DNA from: Felis catus
Lineage: Eukaryota
Assembly (NCBI RefSeq): GCF_018350175.1
Contig: NC_058373.1
Coordinates: forward strand, 107,944,001-108,008,000
Direction of reading: 5' to 3'
DNA: 64,000 nt
Both the position numbers and the translations under genes were made by a program. Of this stretch, positions 13,731 to 27,530 are shown in pieces (position 1 is the first letter of the stretch; each line of letters begins with the position of its first letter). Below the pieces are notes generated by a model. That model saw only the letters and a program-made list of their open reading frames with translations, was not told the origin of the DNA and did not search any database.

Positions 13731-16709
13731 GGGAAAAATAGGCATGACTGGAAGCAAGCCAGGATAGTGAGAAGAAGAGGGAGAAGAGGAAGGGAGTGTG
13801 ATACAGCGGAGGAAGAGCTTGGAGGACACTGATGAATGGGGTATGGAGCCCAAGGAGTAGACATTAAGGATGCTTTCCAGATTCCCAGCTAAGAACTCTA
13901 AGGCTTTTCACTGAGGATGACAGTTGGGTAAAATTTAGGTTTCATCTTTTGCCATTTGAAGGTTAGCTATGCCCCCAAATCAGTTACTTTCTTATTTGTC
14001 ATGAAGGTCTAGATCTCTGGAAAGAGCTGTCAGGGTAGAGATTTGAATTGGGGAGCCATCTGTCTTAGGGTGATATTTGAATCCCTGGGATTCAATTGCA
14101 CAGAACAACTGTACAACTGGGCAGACTGTGCACCGAACAGTTCTAAGCGGACCACTTCATCAGAGTCCTTGAAGATTTGTGTAATGACTATGAGTTTTCT
14201 AGGAGTTGGTGGTAACATGTCTAGGGAAAGGCGAGCCTTTTTCTAATTTGCGCTAAGGTGCGATTTGGTCTAGCAGTGGTTCTGGAAAGAAAGCTAAGCA
14301 AGGGCCAAGAACAGAGCCTTAGGGAACAGCCTACCCTTTAAGGGAGAGTGGAGGAGAAGGAGGAGGAGGAGCTCACAAAGGAGACCCTTAGGAGTGGTCA
14401 GAGACTTGAGTAGGATTGTATTCAGTTGCCTTGGAATTTACCTGAAAGCATAGTCCCCACTCAGCGAACTGTCATCTTACTTTGCTTTAATGACTCAGGT
14501 AGAGCCTCTACCAATACTATCCCTCAATTTCCCCTTTTCACATATCCAAGGGGTTTTCCTTGACCCAGCAGATGGGATAGTTAGCAGTCTCCATTTGGTT
14601 AAGACAGAGAATTATCAAGCCTGCGGCTCTGTTCCTGAGGGCCAGCGCCGGGCAGGTGAGCATCATCCTGGGCAAATAGCCCCCTCCAGAATGCTCACTC
14701 CAGAGGCTGCCCTTTGGGCTCCTGGGAGAGCAGACCATATTTGCTGTCCCTAGGAAAGGGCACTACCTCTGGCCACTCACCCCTGTTACATTTGGCTCCA
14801 GACAGCCAGGAGTCAGGAGTTGCTGAGGCAGCTCCCAGGCCAGAACAGGCAGAACCTCTCAGATGGCCCTGAGTCCCACACTGTGAAGGCCTGGCAGGGC
14901 AGAGGAAGCTTTGTGCCTCCTGAGCCACACAAGAAAGGAAAGGCATCCCCAGAACAATGGCTTGGAGGCTGTCTTGACTTCCTTGTGGCATAAACTATAA
15001 AGCTTACGGCCTTCCCCACGCATGCCCACAGGATGGTATAAATGCTTCTTACAGAAGAGAAAGCGTGTGCCCTGCCTTGGCCCGTGATTCTCTGCCCACA
15101 CACACCTGTCATTGCTGCCTCCGGGCACTTTTGACCTCGTTTACATCAGTGGAAAGTTATAGGAGGAGAGAGAGCACCACTTTCCTGGCCAGGAATGTGT
15201 CAGCCCAGATCAAAAATTCCAGGCCCACACCTGTGTCGATGGGATTCAAGCTCTACAGGCAGACAGAACGCTGTTTGGCATGGTCATAAAACTCAGAACA
15301 AAACTGGAACTTATCTGAGGGGGTGGAACTCGATTGCTTGTGTATCACCTAGATCAGTCAATCAAAATGTTGTGTTTTCAAAATAAGTCATTTTTTTCAG
15401 ACCCTAAATTTTAACAATTTTCTTTATCAGTTGATTCTCTGCTTCTTAATCTGAATGAGGAATACAGTTCCTTTTCCAATAGGAGAACGATCACTTGTCC
15501 TATCTCTGGGACTTGCTTGTTTTCTTTTTTCCTAACCATAAGCAAGCCTAGGTTCCCAGACTCCATGCATCAAAGGCCCTGGGGAAACTCTTGGGATGAT
15601 TTCATACACTACATCCTGTAAATGGGCAGGTGATCACGTTACCCTTTTTTAAAAAGGACTCTGCAGCAGAGGAGAGGAGAGGAAAGCACTTTTCCATGGC
15701 GTCAGGGGGAAAATCCAGGAGTAGAACCCAAGGGGCTGAGGTTCAGGAAATGTGTTCCCAAACTGCCTTCTCTGGAAAACGCAGGGAACCGGCTGCTTTC
15801 CAGTGCAATTTTTGGTTTATCAACTTTCAAAAAGAAATTAGTTCCATATGATGGGAATCATGTTCTTTGGTTTGAGCTTAAATTGAGCTTTGAAGCAGTT
15901 TCTATGTAATATTCCATCCCTTCTGGTTTTGGAGTTTTCCATTAAACTTAAAAAAAAAAATCAAATGAGCTTTTCAACTTGATGAAGGACTTCAGGAATC
16001 TCATTATTCCTTCTCTTCCTGGACTGACCTTTTAATTTTATGCAAGAGGTACAGGGGTGATTTGTCTTGTCTGGTTATAATACTGTGCTGTTGTAAGGAT
16101 GCTTAATCACCAGGCACACACATTAGTCACCAGTTGTTGTAGCTACAAGCCCAGCTTCCTTATATTAACTCTAGGACTAGACTGAGAGCTAGAGAGGGGA
16201 CAACCCGACCGGTGGTGTCAGAAATTCACCCCCAGATGCAGAAAGCAGTTCTTCTCATTTCTTCCTCATCTCCTCAGCTTCCATAATGTAGAGAACACGG
16301 AGTAGGCATCAGAGGGAGAGAACACAGGCAGGAAGGATTTTACACACAAGGAATATATGGGTAAAGGAAAGGCAACCAGAGTATAGGGTAAGAAGCTTAG
16401 GGCTTGTTCATTTCAGTCAACACTTAATTGCTCACTCAGCCCTGGGCCAGGCACCTTGTTCTGAGGTTAGCAGAAATAAGCATGGGAAGGACCTGCAGGG
16501 AAACCAACAATTACAGTCGGCGCAATAAATGCTATAATTAGAAGTATGCACCAAATACCACTGGAGCATGGAGGAGAGGCACCAAGCTTGTCTAGGAAGG
16601 GATGCAGAAGACTCCTGAGACAGAGAGCCTTCGGCGAGGATGAAGTCATCTGCCTAGGAGAACGGAAGGTAGAAGGGTGCTGGCCAGAGCTCCCCATACT
16701 GTCTGTGGT

Positions 16710-16960
16710 GGTAAACCAGTGTTGTTGTGTTCTTCCCTTTTCAACCCATTTAGGACTGATATTTTTATAAAACGTAATAAAAGTCAATTACTAGAAAAAT
16801 AAAATTTTAAAAAGACATGAAATAGGAGCCCAGATTTTTATTATTAGATTCAACAGACATAAAATTGCTGTCAGGTAGTTATAAAAGTTTCCAAGCGCTT
16901 ACTCTTAATTTTTCTTCTTCCCCCATTTATTCACTGTGATTCAATCATTTTCTGCTTCAT
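16710..16960. mobile_element. Ancient DNA transposon fragment (hAT-Charlie-like), family tentative
   Basis: ttttattattagattcaacagacataaaattgctgtc...ataaaagtttccaagcgcttactct resembles Charlie-type relics as I recall them. It interrupts an L2-like tract. Confidence 0.45.
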
Positions 16961-19016
16961 TGCAGGCCAGTGGCGGTTTATGAGTGAGTGCCCATCCAAG
17001 GGCACAACAGCATATACGCGGGTCGGGGAGAGGTCCACCTCTCGGAGTTGGGTGCCTGGAGTGCGTGAGGATGTGAAGCAGGGGAGAGCGCTGGGGGAGA
17101 AAATAAGGCTGCAGGGCAGACAGAGACCCCACCATAGAGCCTTATGGCCGATAAAGTTGGACAGGGCCTCTTAGAGGGTCAAACATTCCAGAATTGAATT
17201 TCAGAAAAACAACTGGCCCAGCATGAAGAGGGGAGGAGAGTGAAGGTAGTGAGACCGGTGAGGAGATGCAGCGATGCAGGTGGGAAATGATGGGGCTGAA
17301 TGGAGGCCATGCAGTGTGGTGGAGAGAAGGTGTCTGGCTTTGAATACAATCAGGAGGCGTAATTGTCAGTTCTTAGTGATTGACTGCCCGTCGGAGAAGT
17401 GGGGTAGGCATGTCATCCAGTACCATCCCATCATTTACAGGTGAAGAAACTGAGACCCAGCAAGGTGACAAAGCTGAGTCTCGAAGCTCTGCTTTCTGGC
17501 TCAGGAAAAGTTTTCTTGCCCCTTGACTAATTGACCGGACAGTGTACCAGGTAAAACCAGCATTCCAGCTTGTCCCACTCGAGTCCCCATGATGCCTCTG
17601 GAGAGAGGGAAGGATGTGTGTCCGTCAGAAGGTTCCAGGTGCACCGAGACACTAGCTTGCTCACTGACCCCCCCCCCCCCGTCTCCACCCCCACTACCCA
17701 GCTGCATTCAGCCAGCCTGCCTGACCTCCTGTGCTCTCTGTTCACGGTCATTGTCTTAATGACAGAAGCCACTGCAAGGTTCTCTGTGTCCTACAGTAGC
17801 CAGTTAAATTCACGTAAATCCTGTTTAGGCAGTTGACGGAATTTTTAATATCCTTCTTTTATAGAAACAAAGGTTGCTCTCACCTGCAAGCCAAACACGA
17901 ACAGGCAGTCACTAAGCAGGGCACATTTTCATTTCTGGTATCTCTTGGTATCTCAGGACTTGTCTAGAAGGATTAATGCCTGGAATAGCGTGTACTCGAG
18001 AGTGTGTTCAGAGCCAGAGTTTCCTGGGGTGCTGACCTGGTCCTCCTAGGTCATCCCTGAGACAGGACTCCAGCAGGTACTGGCAGCTTCCTGCTGGCGT
18101 CAGAGGTCCTGGATTGGTGCCAGAGGCCCAGCACAAACCCGAATCCACCCAGTTGCCTAACAGTCCTCCACATCCTCTTTAATCCAGCCTCGCTGGGGTC
18201 TCAGAACCAGACCAGGACTAGAGGGCAGAGAGGGGCTTGCCGTTCAGACGAACAGCCATTCATTAGGGGCCTACTATGTGCAAAGGGAATTCAAAAATAC
18301 AAAGACGGAAAAATGAAAACCAGGAGGCACTTCTCCTCATGGAGATCACATTTCTAAAATAACAGTAACTTAAATAACCTAAAATAACAGTAATTCCAGG
18401 CTTTTGGAATTTGTGCTCTCTGCCTGCCTGCTAGTTTGAATACCCATAATCTTTGTTGGCTTCCTGTGGTGAAAGAAGGCAAACACCAATGCAGTGGCCT
18501 TAACAGAGGTTCTTCAACGTGAGCATGGTACCTGGAGTTGACTGCTCATTTGTGCATACGCATGATAAAAAATATTAGTAGGTTTGGACATGTTAAAAAG
18601 ATACCTTCAATTATCACAGCATTGTTTGTAACAGTGACAAACTGGAAATGACTTCTCCCCAAAGTAACTTTGCAGAATCTGGGTCTTATCACATCACTGA
18701 ATGGATGAGACCAGAATCCACTGTTGGGTTTATGTCCTAAATCATTAGGCAGGGAGAGGGTGGAAAACAAAGACTGGCTGTGCCAGTTCAGTTTTGACTG
18801 CATTATGAGGTACAGATAGCATGCCACTTCTTGGGAGTCCTGTTTTATTTCTAGAGAATCACAGTTCCTCTTTCGGCTTCTTCTGCTTAGAAGAATGGGT
18901 CATTCATGCATTTGACAGACTGGGATGGAACTGGATGAACCTCAACTTGAACCAGCCTTTTTTCATTGCACTGAGCAGGGCTGTCGGTAGTGAACCGAGA
19001 TCAATTCCTGTATCTT

Positions 19017-19426
19017 TTCATTTTTAATTCAAGTATAATCAATATACAGTGTTATATTAATTTCAGGTGCACAATATAATTTACAATTCTATGCATTTCT
19101 CAGTGCTCATCAAGATAAATGTACTCTTAATCCCCTTTATCTACTTCACCGATCCCCACACCCACCTCCCCTCTGGCAATCACCAATTTGTTCCCTATAT
19201 TTAAGAATCTGTTTTTTTGTTTGTCTCTTTTTTCCTTTGTTTGTTTTGTTTCTTAAATTCCTCAAAAACTTACCATATGACCCAGTAATTTCACTACTAG
19301 TTACCCAAAGAAAGTGAAAACACTTAATTCAAAAAGAAATATGTACCCCCTATGTGTATTGCAGCATTATTTACAGTAGCCGAGATATGAAAAACAACCC
19401 AAGTGCCCGTCGATAGATGAATGCTT
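19017..19426 (-). mobile_element. Truncated carnivore L1 with inverted 5' segment
   Basis: 19017-19261 is the antisense L1 3'UTR and 19262-19423 is sense-oriented late ORF2. TSD aatt(c/t)ctgtatctt at 19003-19016 and 19427-19440. Confidence 0.85.
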
Positions 19427-22400
19427 AATTTCTGTATCTTAATGCTTCAGAATTTGGCCTCAGCAAAGACGGATAAAGTAGACAAAGGTATTGTGGCTGA
19501 TGGAGCTTAACCAGTTCTTGAGACATTTTGCCCATTGCTAGTGCCAGGCCCTGGCACTGTATGAGAAACTCCCTTTGGCTCCTTGCTCTATCACCCACAG
19601 AGCAGTTTATAAGCCAGATGTGTCACTTTATAATATAATAGGCCCACCTGTCCCAAACTCCTAAATTTCCAATGTTACTTAGTATTTTCAAAGTTTGTGT
19701 CTACCATCAGTTTTGATTCTTACAAAAATCTCAAGGAATAGGCCACGTATGTGTTCTCTTTTTTGCTGATGAGGAAATAATAGTTCAGGCTTCCATAGTA
19801 CTTAATACAATCAGGCACTGTTCTAAACAATTCACATTAAATAGCTTCATTCTCATGAGGCAGGCACTGTGGTTATCTGCATTTCATGAAGAGGACCAAA
19901 TATAGAGTGGTTAAGTAACTTGCCCAAGATCACACAAATGGTAAATAGCAGGGCCAAGACTCAAGCCCAGGCAGCCTGGCTCCAGAATCTATACCCTTAA
20001 CCTTCCATTATACTGCCTTTTGGAATCAGACAGACAGAGGTTGGTTGAATAACCATGTGGGAGTTAGGGAAGGAAGCAGAGTGAGGGAGGCATAGGGGAG
20101 CTATCTTGCTCCCTAAGAGGACAGCTGAGAATTTGCCCTTGGCCTCTATCTGTCCATGTGTGTGAGGACTCCATGCTTGGCTACTAGTCTGAATTTGCTG
20201 TGTTCCAGAACTGATCACAGATAAGCTTATCGGCATGGACTCCAGTTCTCTAGGAAATGTAAAATATACCCCACTATTAATGGTATATGAAACCTTATAT
20301 TTGCAAAAGATCTTTAATTGCCTCCATAATGTACATATGGGCATAAAGTGTTGCCACACAGGTCACTTGTGGAGTGAAATCCAGGGTTAGTGACTAAAGT
20401 CTATCACCTTGCCACTTTAATGTTTTAACAGAGGAACTGAGGTGCTGAGAAATTGACCAAACTGAAGTAACCATTATTTATTGGATCAAGATTTGTCCAA
20501 CATTTAGGCAAGAAGAAGGTTAGTCTCTCAAAAGGTCTCTTTATCAGTTCCTAAAAATAAACTAAAAATAAGCTAAAATAAGCTAAAAATAAGACACACA
20601 GGCCCCCAAAATAATTTTCTCCCTGATTTGTGAATTGTTTACCTTTAAGATCTTAGGAAGTTATAATGATGTTTGCATTTCAGAGATTACTTTTATTAAG
20701 GATACTATTACATAAAATTGAAAATAGTCTTTGGCCGATGGCTGCGCATTTACTCAAATGGATTACTCAACAAAATGAATGTCTTGGGAAATGAATGTCT
20801 TGGGAATGTCTTGCAAGGCTAAGTGCTGGACACAGCATGGGCGGGTGCTCAGGAAGTAGCAGCGAGTTCTTCAAAAGGAAACTTCTTAGGGGTAAATTTG
20901 ATGTCTTCTGCACACTTTGCTGTGATATGCCCAGCATTAGGAGGAGATCTGTAAATCCCTGGAAAGGGACTGAGATGTGTGTTGCTGTCATATGTCTAGC
21001 CTGTGATCAGTACACTGGAAATGACTTAAGAAATATTCCAGGCCTACCCTTGGAGGCTGTAATCACTTTGGAGAAAACAAGGCTTTATGCAAAACATAGC
21101 TAACAAAGTGATACCAACTATAACCCAGAACTAACATGTGAGGTTCGCATTTAATTCCAAGGGCCTGGGAGTGGTTCTGAAACCGTAGGTGCCTTCTTGG
21201 GTTTTTGAGACTTCCGTTTAAATGGCTCAGGTTTAATCTCTGATGGAGACAGCAGGTAACCGAATAAGACCTGCTGATGTGGCCAAAAGTTCTGGTTCAA
21301 GTCAGAAGTCTGTCTCCCCTCCCCTTTGATATTGCGTAAGGCATTACTAATACTGGCAAAGGTTTGTGTTTAGCCAGTTGCCAAAAGCAGCCTGAATATC
21401 CCCTCCTGAGGTCGGTGCTATAAACTGCACTCCTTCCTGTTGTAAAGCATTCCTCATCACCCCGCCTCCCTCCACTTGCCCCCACCCCGCGGTATCCACG
21501 TCCCCTCTCACACGCTGTTTTCTCTCAACAAAATGTGTTCAGGGAACTGGCCTCACCGCTGGCAGAGTCTAGTACCCCCAAGTCTGAAGAGCCCTGGGTT
21601 ACCATAGAGGAAACAAGCCACAGCTAGACGGGCTAAGATGTTTCATCGTCCCTTCACTTGCTAGTGTATTCGCACTGATGCCTCACTTGTCTGGCTGATC
21701 TTTCAAGGGTGACAGCCACAACACTTATCCACTTACTGGCGACAGTAGTGGTGACAACAGTGGCCAACGCTTACCTAGCACTGTGTGCCCTCTAACGTTT
21801 AACAAAATTTCATTCTGTCAACCTGTTCGTTGGTATTGGTGCCACGTGTCCACCATAAGCCTCGTAGGATCCATCTGCCCCTGCCCATCCCCACTCCACA
21901 GCTGCCCCAATTATTATTGAGATCACATTGTTTAAGAGGCTACCACATTCTGATTCTTCCTCTTGCGAAATCTTTCCTTCCTTTACCTTCCTTAACGCGT
22001 CCTCTTTGCAGGCAGAGGGCTCCTCCACGACTATCCTGTCCCTAGTTTGCAGGCTCTCAGGATCCCTGTGACTCTCTGATCCATTTCTTTGTTGCATTTC
22101 TATGGCTGGGAAGCAAAGGTGCCCTGGAAAGTAATTTCCCATGGGTCAGCTGCACCCACCTCTCTGCACTGGGGAAGCCTGAGGAGCCGAGCAGAATTCA
22201 GTATGTTGACCACCTTATCCCCCGCTAGCCTATCAACCGCAGGTGTCCCTTTTGCCCCAGCATCTTTTCTGTGTTGTCGGAGCTAGGCCCAATGGTCACG
22301 AGACCCCTAGCCACCAAGGGTCTGTCATCTCCTTGGTGTCTTTATTGGAAGCCCTCCATTCTGCCTCCCTGCTTCCCCTCGCGGAGGGCATCTGTGTGCA

Positions 22401-23149
22401 TGCCAAACACAGCCAGGTATCACGCAGGAAGCATTTTGGCAAGGAGAGTCAGTGAGAGAGGTTTTCTTGGCAACTATAAAATAAAAATACTGTAAGGAGC
22501 TACTAAATAAACTTGTGCCACTTCAGCTAGAGAATTTCAGCCCTCCTGGGAGGGGGAGGGGCGATGCTAGGAATGAAAAAATTTAGAGAGAAGGCTCAAC
22601 TGTCAGCATGATGGCTCATTTATTTGATGGCCCCCAGAGAGATGTATGATCTGCACACTGTAGACGTTAATCAAACTCATTGCCTCTTTCATTTGTCCAG
22701 AGAGGCAATGAGTGTTTTCTTTGTACGTGTTTTCCAACCATAAGACACGGCAAGGGGAAATCTCTTGGTCCCTTTGCTCAGGTTAAATCGGTCTTGTATA
22801 TAAACAGTGGTGAAGGTGGAAACATGTTGCCTGCATATCAAGTGCATCCAACACGAGAACTGGATGGAGACCAACACCTGACCTGGGGGGATTAGTTTGT
22901 GAGTCCCTGGCCCTGTTTTAAAGGGTGTGTAATAGCTAGACTTGCACAGGGTCATTTTTATGATTATTTCCCACCTCAAGTAGCTGTTGGGAGAAATATG
23001 AAAGGGTAGGAGGAGCCTCAGGGGAGATTTGGCAATACTTTCGGAGTTGGAAATTGTTTTTTGGTTTTCTGTATTCATTAGAAAATGAGTCATTTTACAT
23101 TCAGCCTCATGATAATGTATGTTCATGTTTCCCATATTTGTTGTTCTTC

Positions 23150-23346
23150 TTTTTTTTGAAAGTTTATTTATTTATTGAGAGAGAGAACATGCAAGCTAGG
23201 GAGAGGGAGAGAGAGAATTCCAAGCAGGTCCTGTGCTGTCAGCACAGAGCCCCTGCACGGGGCTCAATCTCCAGAAGCATGAGATCATGACCTGAGCCGA
23301 AATTAAGAGTGGGATGCTTAGCTGACTGAGCCACCCAGGTGCTCCT
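23150..23346 (-). mobile_element. CAN-SINE
   Basis: Reverse SINE body ending gagccacccaggtgctcct; TSD-like tatttgtt on both sides. Confidence 0.9.
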
Positions 23347-23442
23347 ACGTATTTGTTCTTAATTTGTTCTCATGGGTCAGCCCCACAAAACTTCATGAGG
23401 AGAAATGGTATGGGGACTTCATTTAATAATTAGGGATGTTGC

Positions 23443-23490
23443 AGGGCACATAGGTGGCTCAGTCGGTTGAGCTTCCGACTTCTGTCAGGA
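23443..23490 (+). mobile_element. CAN-SINE 5' head fragment
   Basis: gggcacataggtggctcagtcggttgagcttccgacttc: tRNA-derived A-box head only, with no body or tail. Confidence 0.7.
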
Positions 23491-23877
23491 TCTGTAAGCA
23501 AGTAAGTTGATTTGGTTTTTTCTCAACATGCCCTTGCAGCCTGCATTCCAAAAGAAATCCTTTCCATTTCTATCAGTGGTTTATGTTCCCTACATATCTT
23601 CCTTGGGAATTATAGCAATAAATGGTACAGAAACCAAAGAAAAGAATTAAAGCCAAAACATGTGGACATATATCTTAATGATTTCTTCCTGGTTATCAAA
23701 ATGATACATGATTCCCATAAGAAAGTTAGCACAAAGAAAAGAAAAATTATTTATAAACATAGCACCCAGAAATAGACTTTTCTCCTTCTCTCTTATCTTT
23801 TCCCATCTCTCCTTCTTCCCTCCTGTTTTGCTTCCTTCTTTCTATCCTCTGAACAACTGTAATTAAGAGAATATTGA

Positions 23878-24115
23878 GGGGCACCTGGGTGGCTCAGTTG
23901 GTTAAGTGTCTGACTTCAGTTCAGGTCATGACCTCACAGTTTGTGGGTTTGAGCCCCATGTCAGGCTCTGTGCTGACAGCTCAGAGCCTGAAGCCTGCTT
24001 CATATTCTGTGTCTCCTTCTCCCTATGCCCCTCCCGGCTCGCACTCTGCCTCTCTCCCTCTCTCCCTCTCAAAAAACAACAAAAAAACCCCAAAACATTA
24101 AAAACAAAAAAAAAG
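23878..24115 (+). mobile_element. CAN-SINE
   Basis: ggggcacctgggtggctcagttggttaag...(ct)n...A-rich tail. TSD agagaatattga at 23866-23877 and 24116-24127. Confidence 0.94.
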
Positions 24116-24189
24116 AGAGAATATTGAAAATACAATCTTTGTATCCTGCTTTTCCACCTGGAATTGTATCAGCCTATAAATAAGTCATG

Positions 24190-25210
24190 AAATACAGCAG
24201 CCATAGAGGAACGATTGAGAGATTTGACTGGACAAAAATATGAAAGTTACCGTAAATAAAACTTAAAAACAAATTGGGCAATAACATTTGCAAACAATGT
24301 AACAAATCACTACTATCCATAATATGTAATAAGCTAAAAAATAATCAGATGTGCCTCGTTGACTCTGTTGGTTGAACATCTGATTCTTGATTTTGGCTCA
24401 GGTCATGATCCCAGGCTGTGGGATTCGAGCACCACACTGGGCTCCACACTGAGTGTGGAGCCTGCTTGAGATTCTCCTTCACTCTGCCCTTCTCCCCACC
24501 TTGTATGCACACTCTCTCTCTCAAATAAAAATAATAATAATCAAAAAGATAACTCAAACTTTAAAATGGGTAAAAAATGTGAAAAGGCAACAGACAGAAG
24601 AAATACAAATGGTCATTAAACATGTTTTTAAAAGCTTAATCTCATTCGTAAGAAATGAAGTTAAAACAATGAGATAATTTTCCCTAGCAAATTGGCAAAG
24701 ACCTAAGGATGATTATGTCTTACTTGAATAAGGAAGCCAAATGGATGTTCTCATACACTATTGGTGGGAGTATGAAGTGATGCAAACTTTTTCAGCAGTT
24801 GTTCAACTTCTGTTTTCATTTTAAACATTGATATCCTTTGGCACAGCATTTTTATTTCTTAAACCCAAGTAACCCCTCCTACAAGCGTGCAAGTAATGTT
24901 CATTACCCTCTGGCTTGAAGTTGCGAAAAATTAAAAACCATCTAAATGTTCACGGAGGGGGGACTATTTAAAGTATGATACACCTTTCTAACGGAATTTT
25001 AGATAACCATTACAGAGAATGAGGTAGATCTATATAGAAATATGTCCAAAATATTTGTTAGGTAAGAAAAGCAAGTTTCTCATCATATGTATTAGTGTCG
25101 CATTGAGAAGAAAAGATTTGAAGACTGTGAGCCTGTCATCGTTTTCCCCATAATTTTTCAGGAATGATCAAATTTTATATGATGAAAATGATTTTATAAT
25201 CACAAAAGAA
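24190..25210 (+). mobile_element. Ancient L1 (L1M-type) fragments, interrupted by a SINE
   Basis: Degenerate L1 ORF2-end/3'UTR motifs (acagaagaaatacaaatggtcattaaacatg; ctcatacactattggtgggagtatgaa). Confidence 0.6.
24347..24548 (+). mobile_element. Older CAN-SINE
   Basis: ttgattttggctcaggtcatgatcccaggctgtgggattcgag...gagcctgcttgagattctc...ctcaaataaaaataata. Confidence 0.88.
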
Positions 25211-27199
25211 GTAATTTTCAAAAGGTAAAACTTCTGTCATAAAAATTTCCCATTTTTCATCTTTTATAAAATTTTATCAGCTCCCATAAAATTCTGTCAT
25301 GTGTATGCCATAAGTTGTTTAGCCATTCCCCTATTAATTAATAATTTGGCCTATTTCCAAATTTTTGGTGTCCTGCAAGATGAAGCAATGAGCATTTTCC
25401 TAAAATAGAACACTTAAGTTTATGCTCGCAAAAGCACCGCATCATGTAGCGGAGGTTGAGGGTTAAAACCAGAAAGAACCCATCAGATGATTTTGAATGT
25501 AAAAGGTTAATATTTTCTGACCCTTTTAAACCTTGACAAGACTAGGGATGCCCCACCTAAGAGGCAAAAGAGGGGCCCTTGCTTCCCTGGGTACTCAACT
25601 ATGCTACCCACTCTGGCTGATAAATTATGAGCAGTATTTGTGGTCCCAGTGTGAAAAAGATCAGGGGCCTTATCCTCAGGATACTCTTCGCAGGGCTCGG
25701 TTCCCCAGCTGCCTTCTTCCCATTCCATTCCCTCTCCCCAGGTGAACTCATCCACACCCAGCTCATGACTCTGAAATTTGTATCTCCTGCCCAGCCTCTG
25801 AGTTCTAGCCATGTATATTCAGCTGCCTCTAAATGTCTCCACTTGGATGCCTAAAAAATAGCTCAGTATGTCCAAAATAAATCCTGTGAGCCAGAACATG
25901 CTCACGCCTTCTTCCCTTTCACTGTCTATATCCTTCCATTACTGAATCCCATTACTTTTCCCCCCTATTAGCTTTGGGTCCATCTAGTTCCCTTTGCCTT
26001 CCTGCCACACCCTGCTCCAGGCCACCATCTTTTCTGAACACTTCAGTTGCTTCCCAACTAGTTTCCTCATGTTCTCTCCTCCCCCACTGATCTGTTGTCC
26101 ACATCGTAGCTGGAGGCTCATTGTATGATCACAAGTTAATGCTATCCATCTCTGTGTGTGACCTTTCAATGGTTTCTCTTTCTCCTTGGGCTAAAGACTG
26201 GAATTTTTACTGGCCCCTGCCTTGGCAGGCTCCTGCCATTTCCTGTCTCATTCAGGCTTCTGAGCCCCTTGAATATTGTGTGATTCATAGATGGTACTCT
26301 AAGATTTGTTGGGTGGGTGAATGGCTAAACATCTTGTGTTAGGTAATACGTGAATGGCGCTCCTATCTAACTGATGATACAATGAGATTTTAGGCTTTTG
26401 CTGTTTCAGTGACCTTTCAACATTCTTTTACCAATTTAACACAATCAGTCTTGCCTTGAAAAAAAAAAATTACAAGTTTATATAAACCCAGACACTCAAA
26501 ATACAAGCCAGTCCTAAATGGTTTTGTTGTGAAATTATCATAATATTAAATTTATTCTTTTCGGCCACCTCTTCACCCTTATCCATGTTCCAGCTTCTCT
26601 TCCTTGGAAGAGAGCAGTGAATGATCTTCAGAATATTTGACCACTAGAGACACATTTGCTGTGCACTCCCCTATTCCTGTACCTGCAAGGAGTGGAAAAA
26701 ATTCACTGAACTCCTTCTCCATGCACACACTAAAAACCAAAGCAAAAAAATTTTTTTGGCAAAATTTTGACGATGCATTTCATAGTGATGTGCACAAAAA
26801 TGTCCCTTTGCCATAATTCATTTTTTGGGATACTTATTGATTCTCACACGGTTCTTGTTGCAATTGGGGAAGTCTTCTCAGGAAATAATCTACTAGGGGG
26901 ATTAGCCAACAATGCAATGCCAGTATATAAAAGAGTGTTAGCCCACTGTAGTGGGTTATGAGCCCATGCTTTGGAAGGAGGTGAGCAGAACTGAGAATCC
27001 TGGATTTACCCCTGGGTAACTAAATAATGTTGCTGAGATCCTCGTTCACAGGGTTTGTTCAGGATTAAAATAAGATAATATGGCTAAAGCACTTAGCATC
27101 TGGTGAACATTTAGTGTAGCTGAATTAGCTACTGTCATACTATTGTGCTCTACAGAAGCTTTTTTCAGGCTATGCGGACATGCACACATATAACTCAAA

Positions 27200-27530
27200 T
27201 GAGCAGAGAAAAAGCAGTATACCTTGAATAGTATATTGACTGTATATTTTTAATAACCAATATCAATGTTGTATTTCATTAAAGAATTATTATCTTTCAG
27301 ATTAAGAGATTAAAATATTTACAGATGAGATGGTTTTATGTCTTGGATTTGCTTCAAAATCTGAAAAAAGATGGATCAGGAATGGAGTAAATGTATACAC
27401 AAAACAAGATGGGACATGCATTGATAGCACTTATGCTCTGTGACCACTACAGGGATTGTTATATTAGTCTCTGTACTTTTGTATAGATTTGAAATTTTCC
27501 ATGATAAAAAAAAATTTTTAATAGATTAAA
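27200..27530 (+). mobile_element. Ancient L1 3' end fragment (L1MC-like)
   Basis: aaatatttacagatgagatg...tgtcttggatttgcttcaaaat...ctgtacttttgtatagatttgaaattttccatgataaaaaaaaa. Confidence 0.6.

Noticed and set aside
20553..20815. Short local duplications (aaaataagct repeats; gaatgtcttgg x3), with similar ones near 2960, 13306, 18355, 35396 and 55811
   Set aside because: These are two to four copies of 6-16 bp units, typical of replication slippage, with no spacer structure or evidence of function.
23878..23960. tRNA genes suggested by A/B-box-like motifs
   Set aside because: These are the tRNA-derived heads of CAN-SINEs, followed by the SINE body, (CT)n and A-tail. They do not form a complete tRNA cloverleaf.
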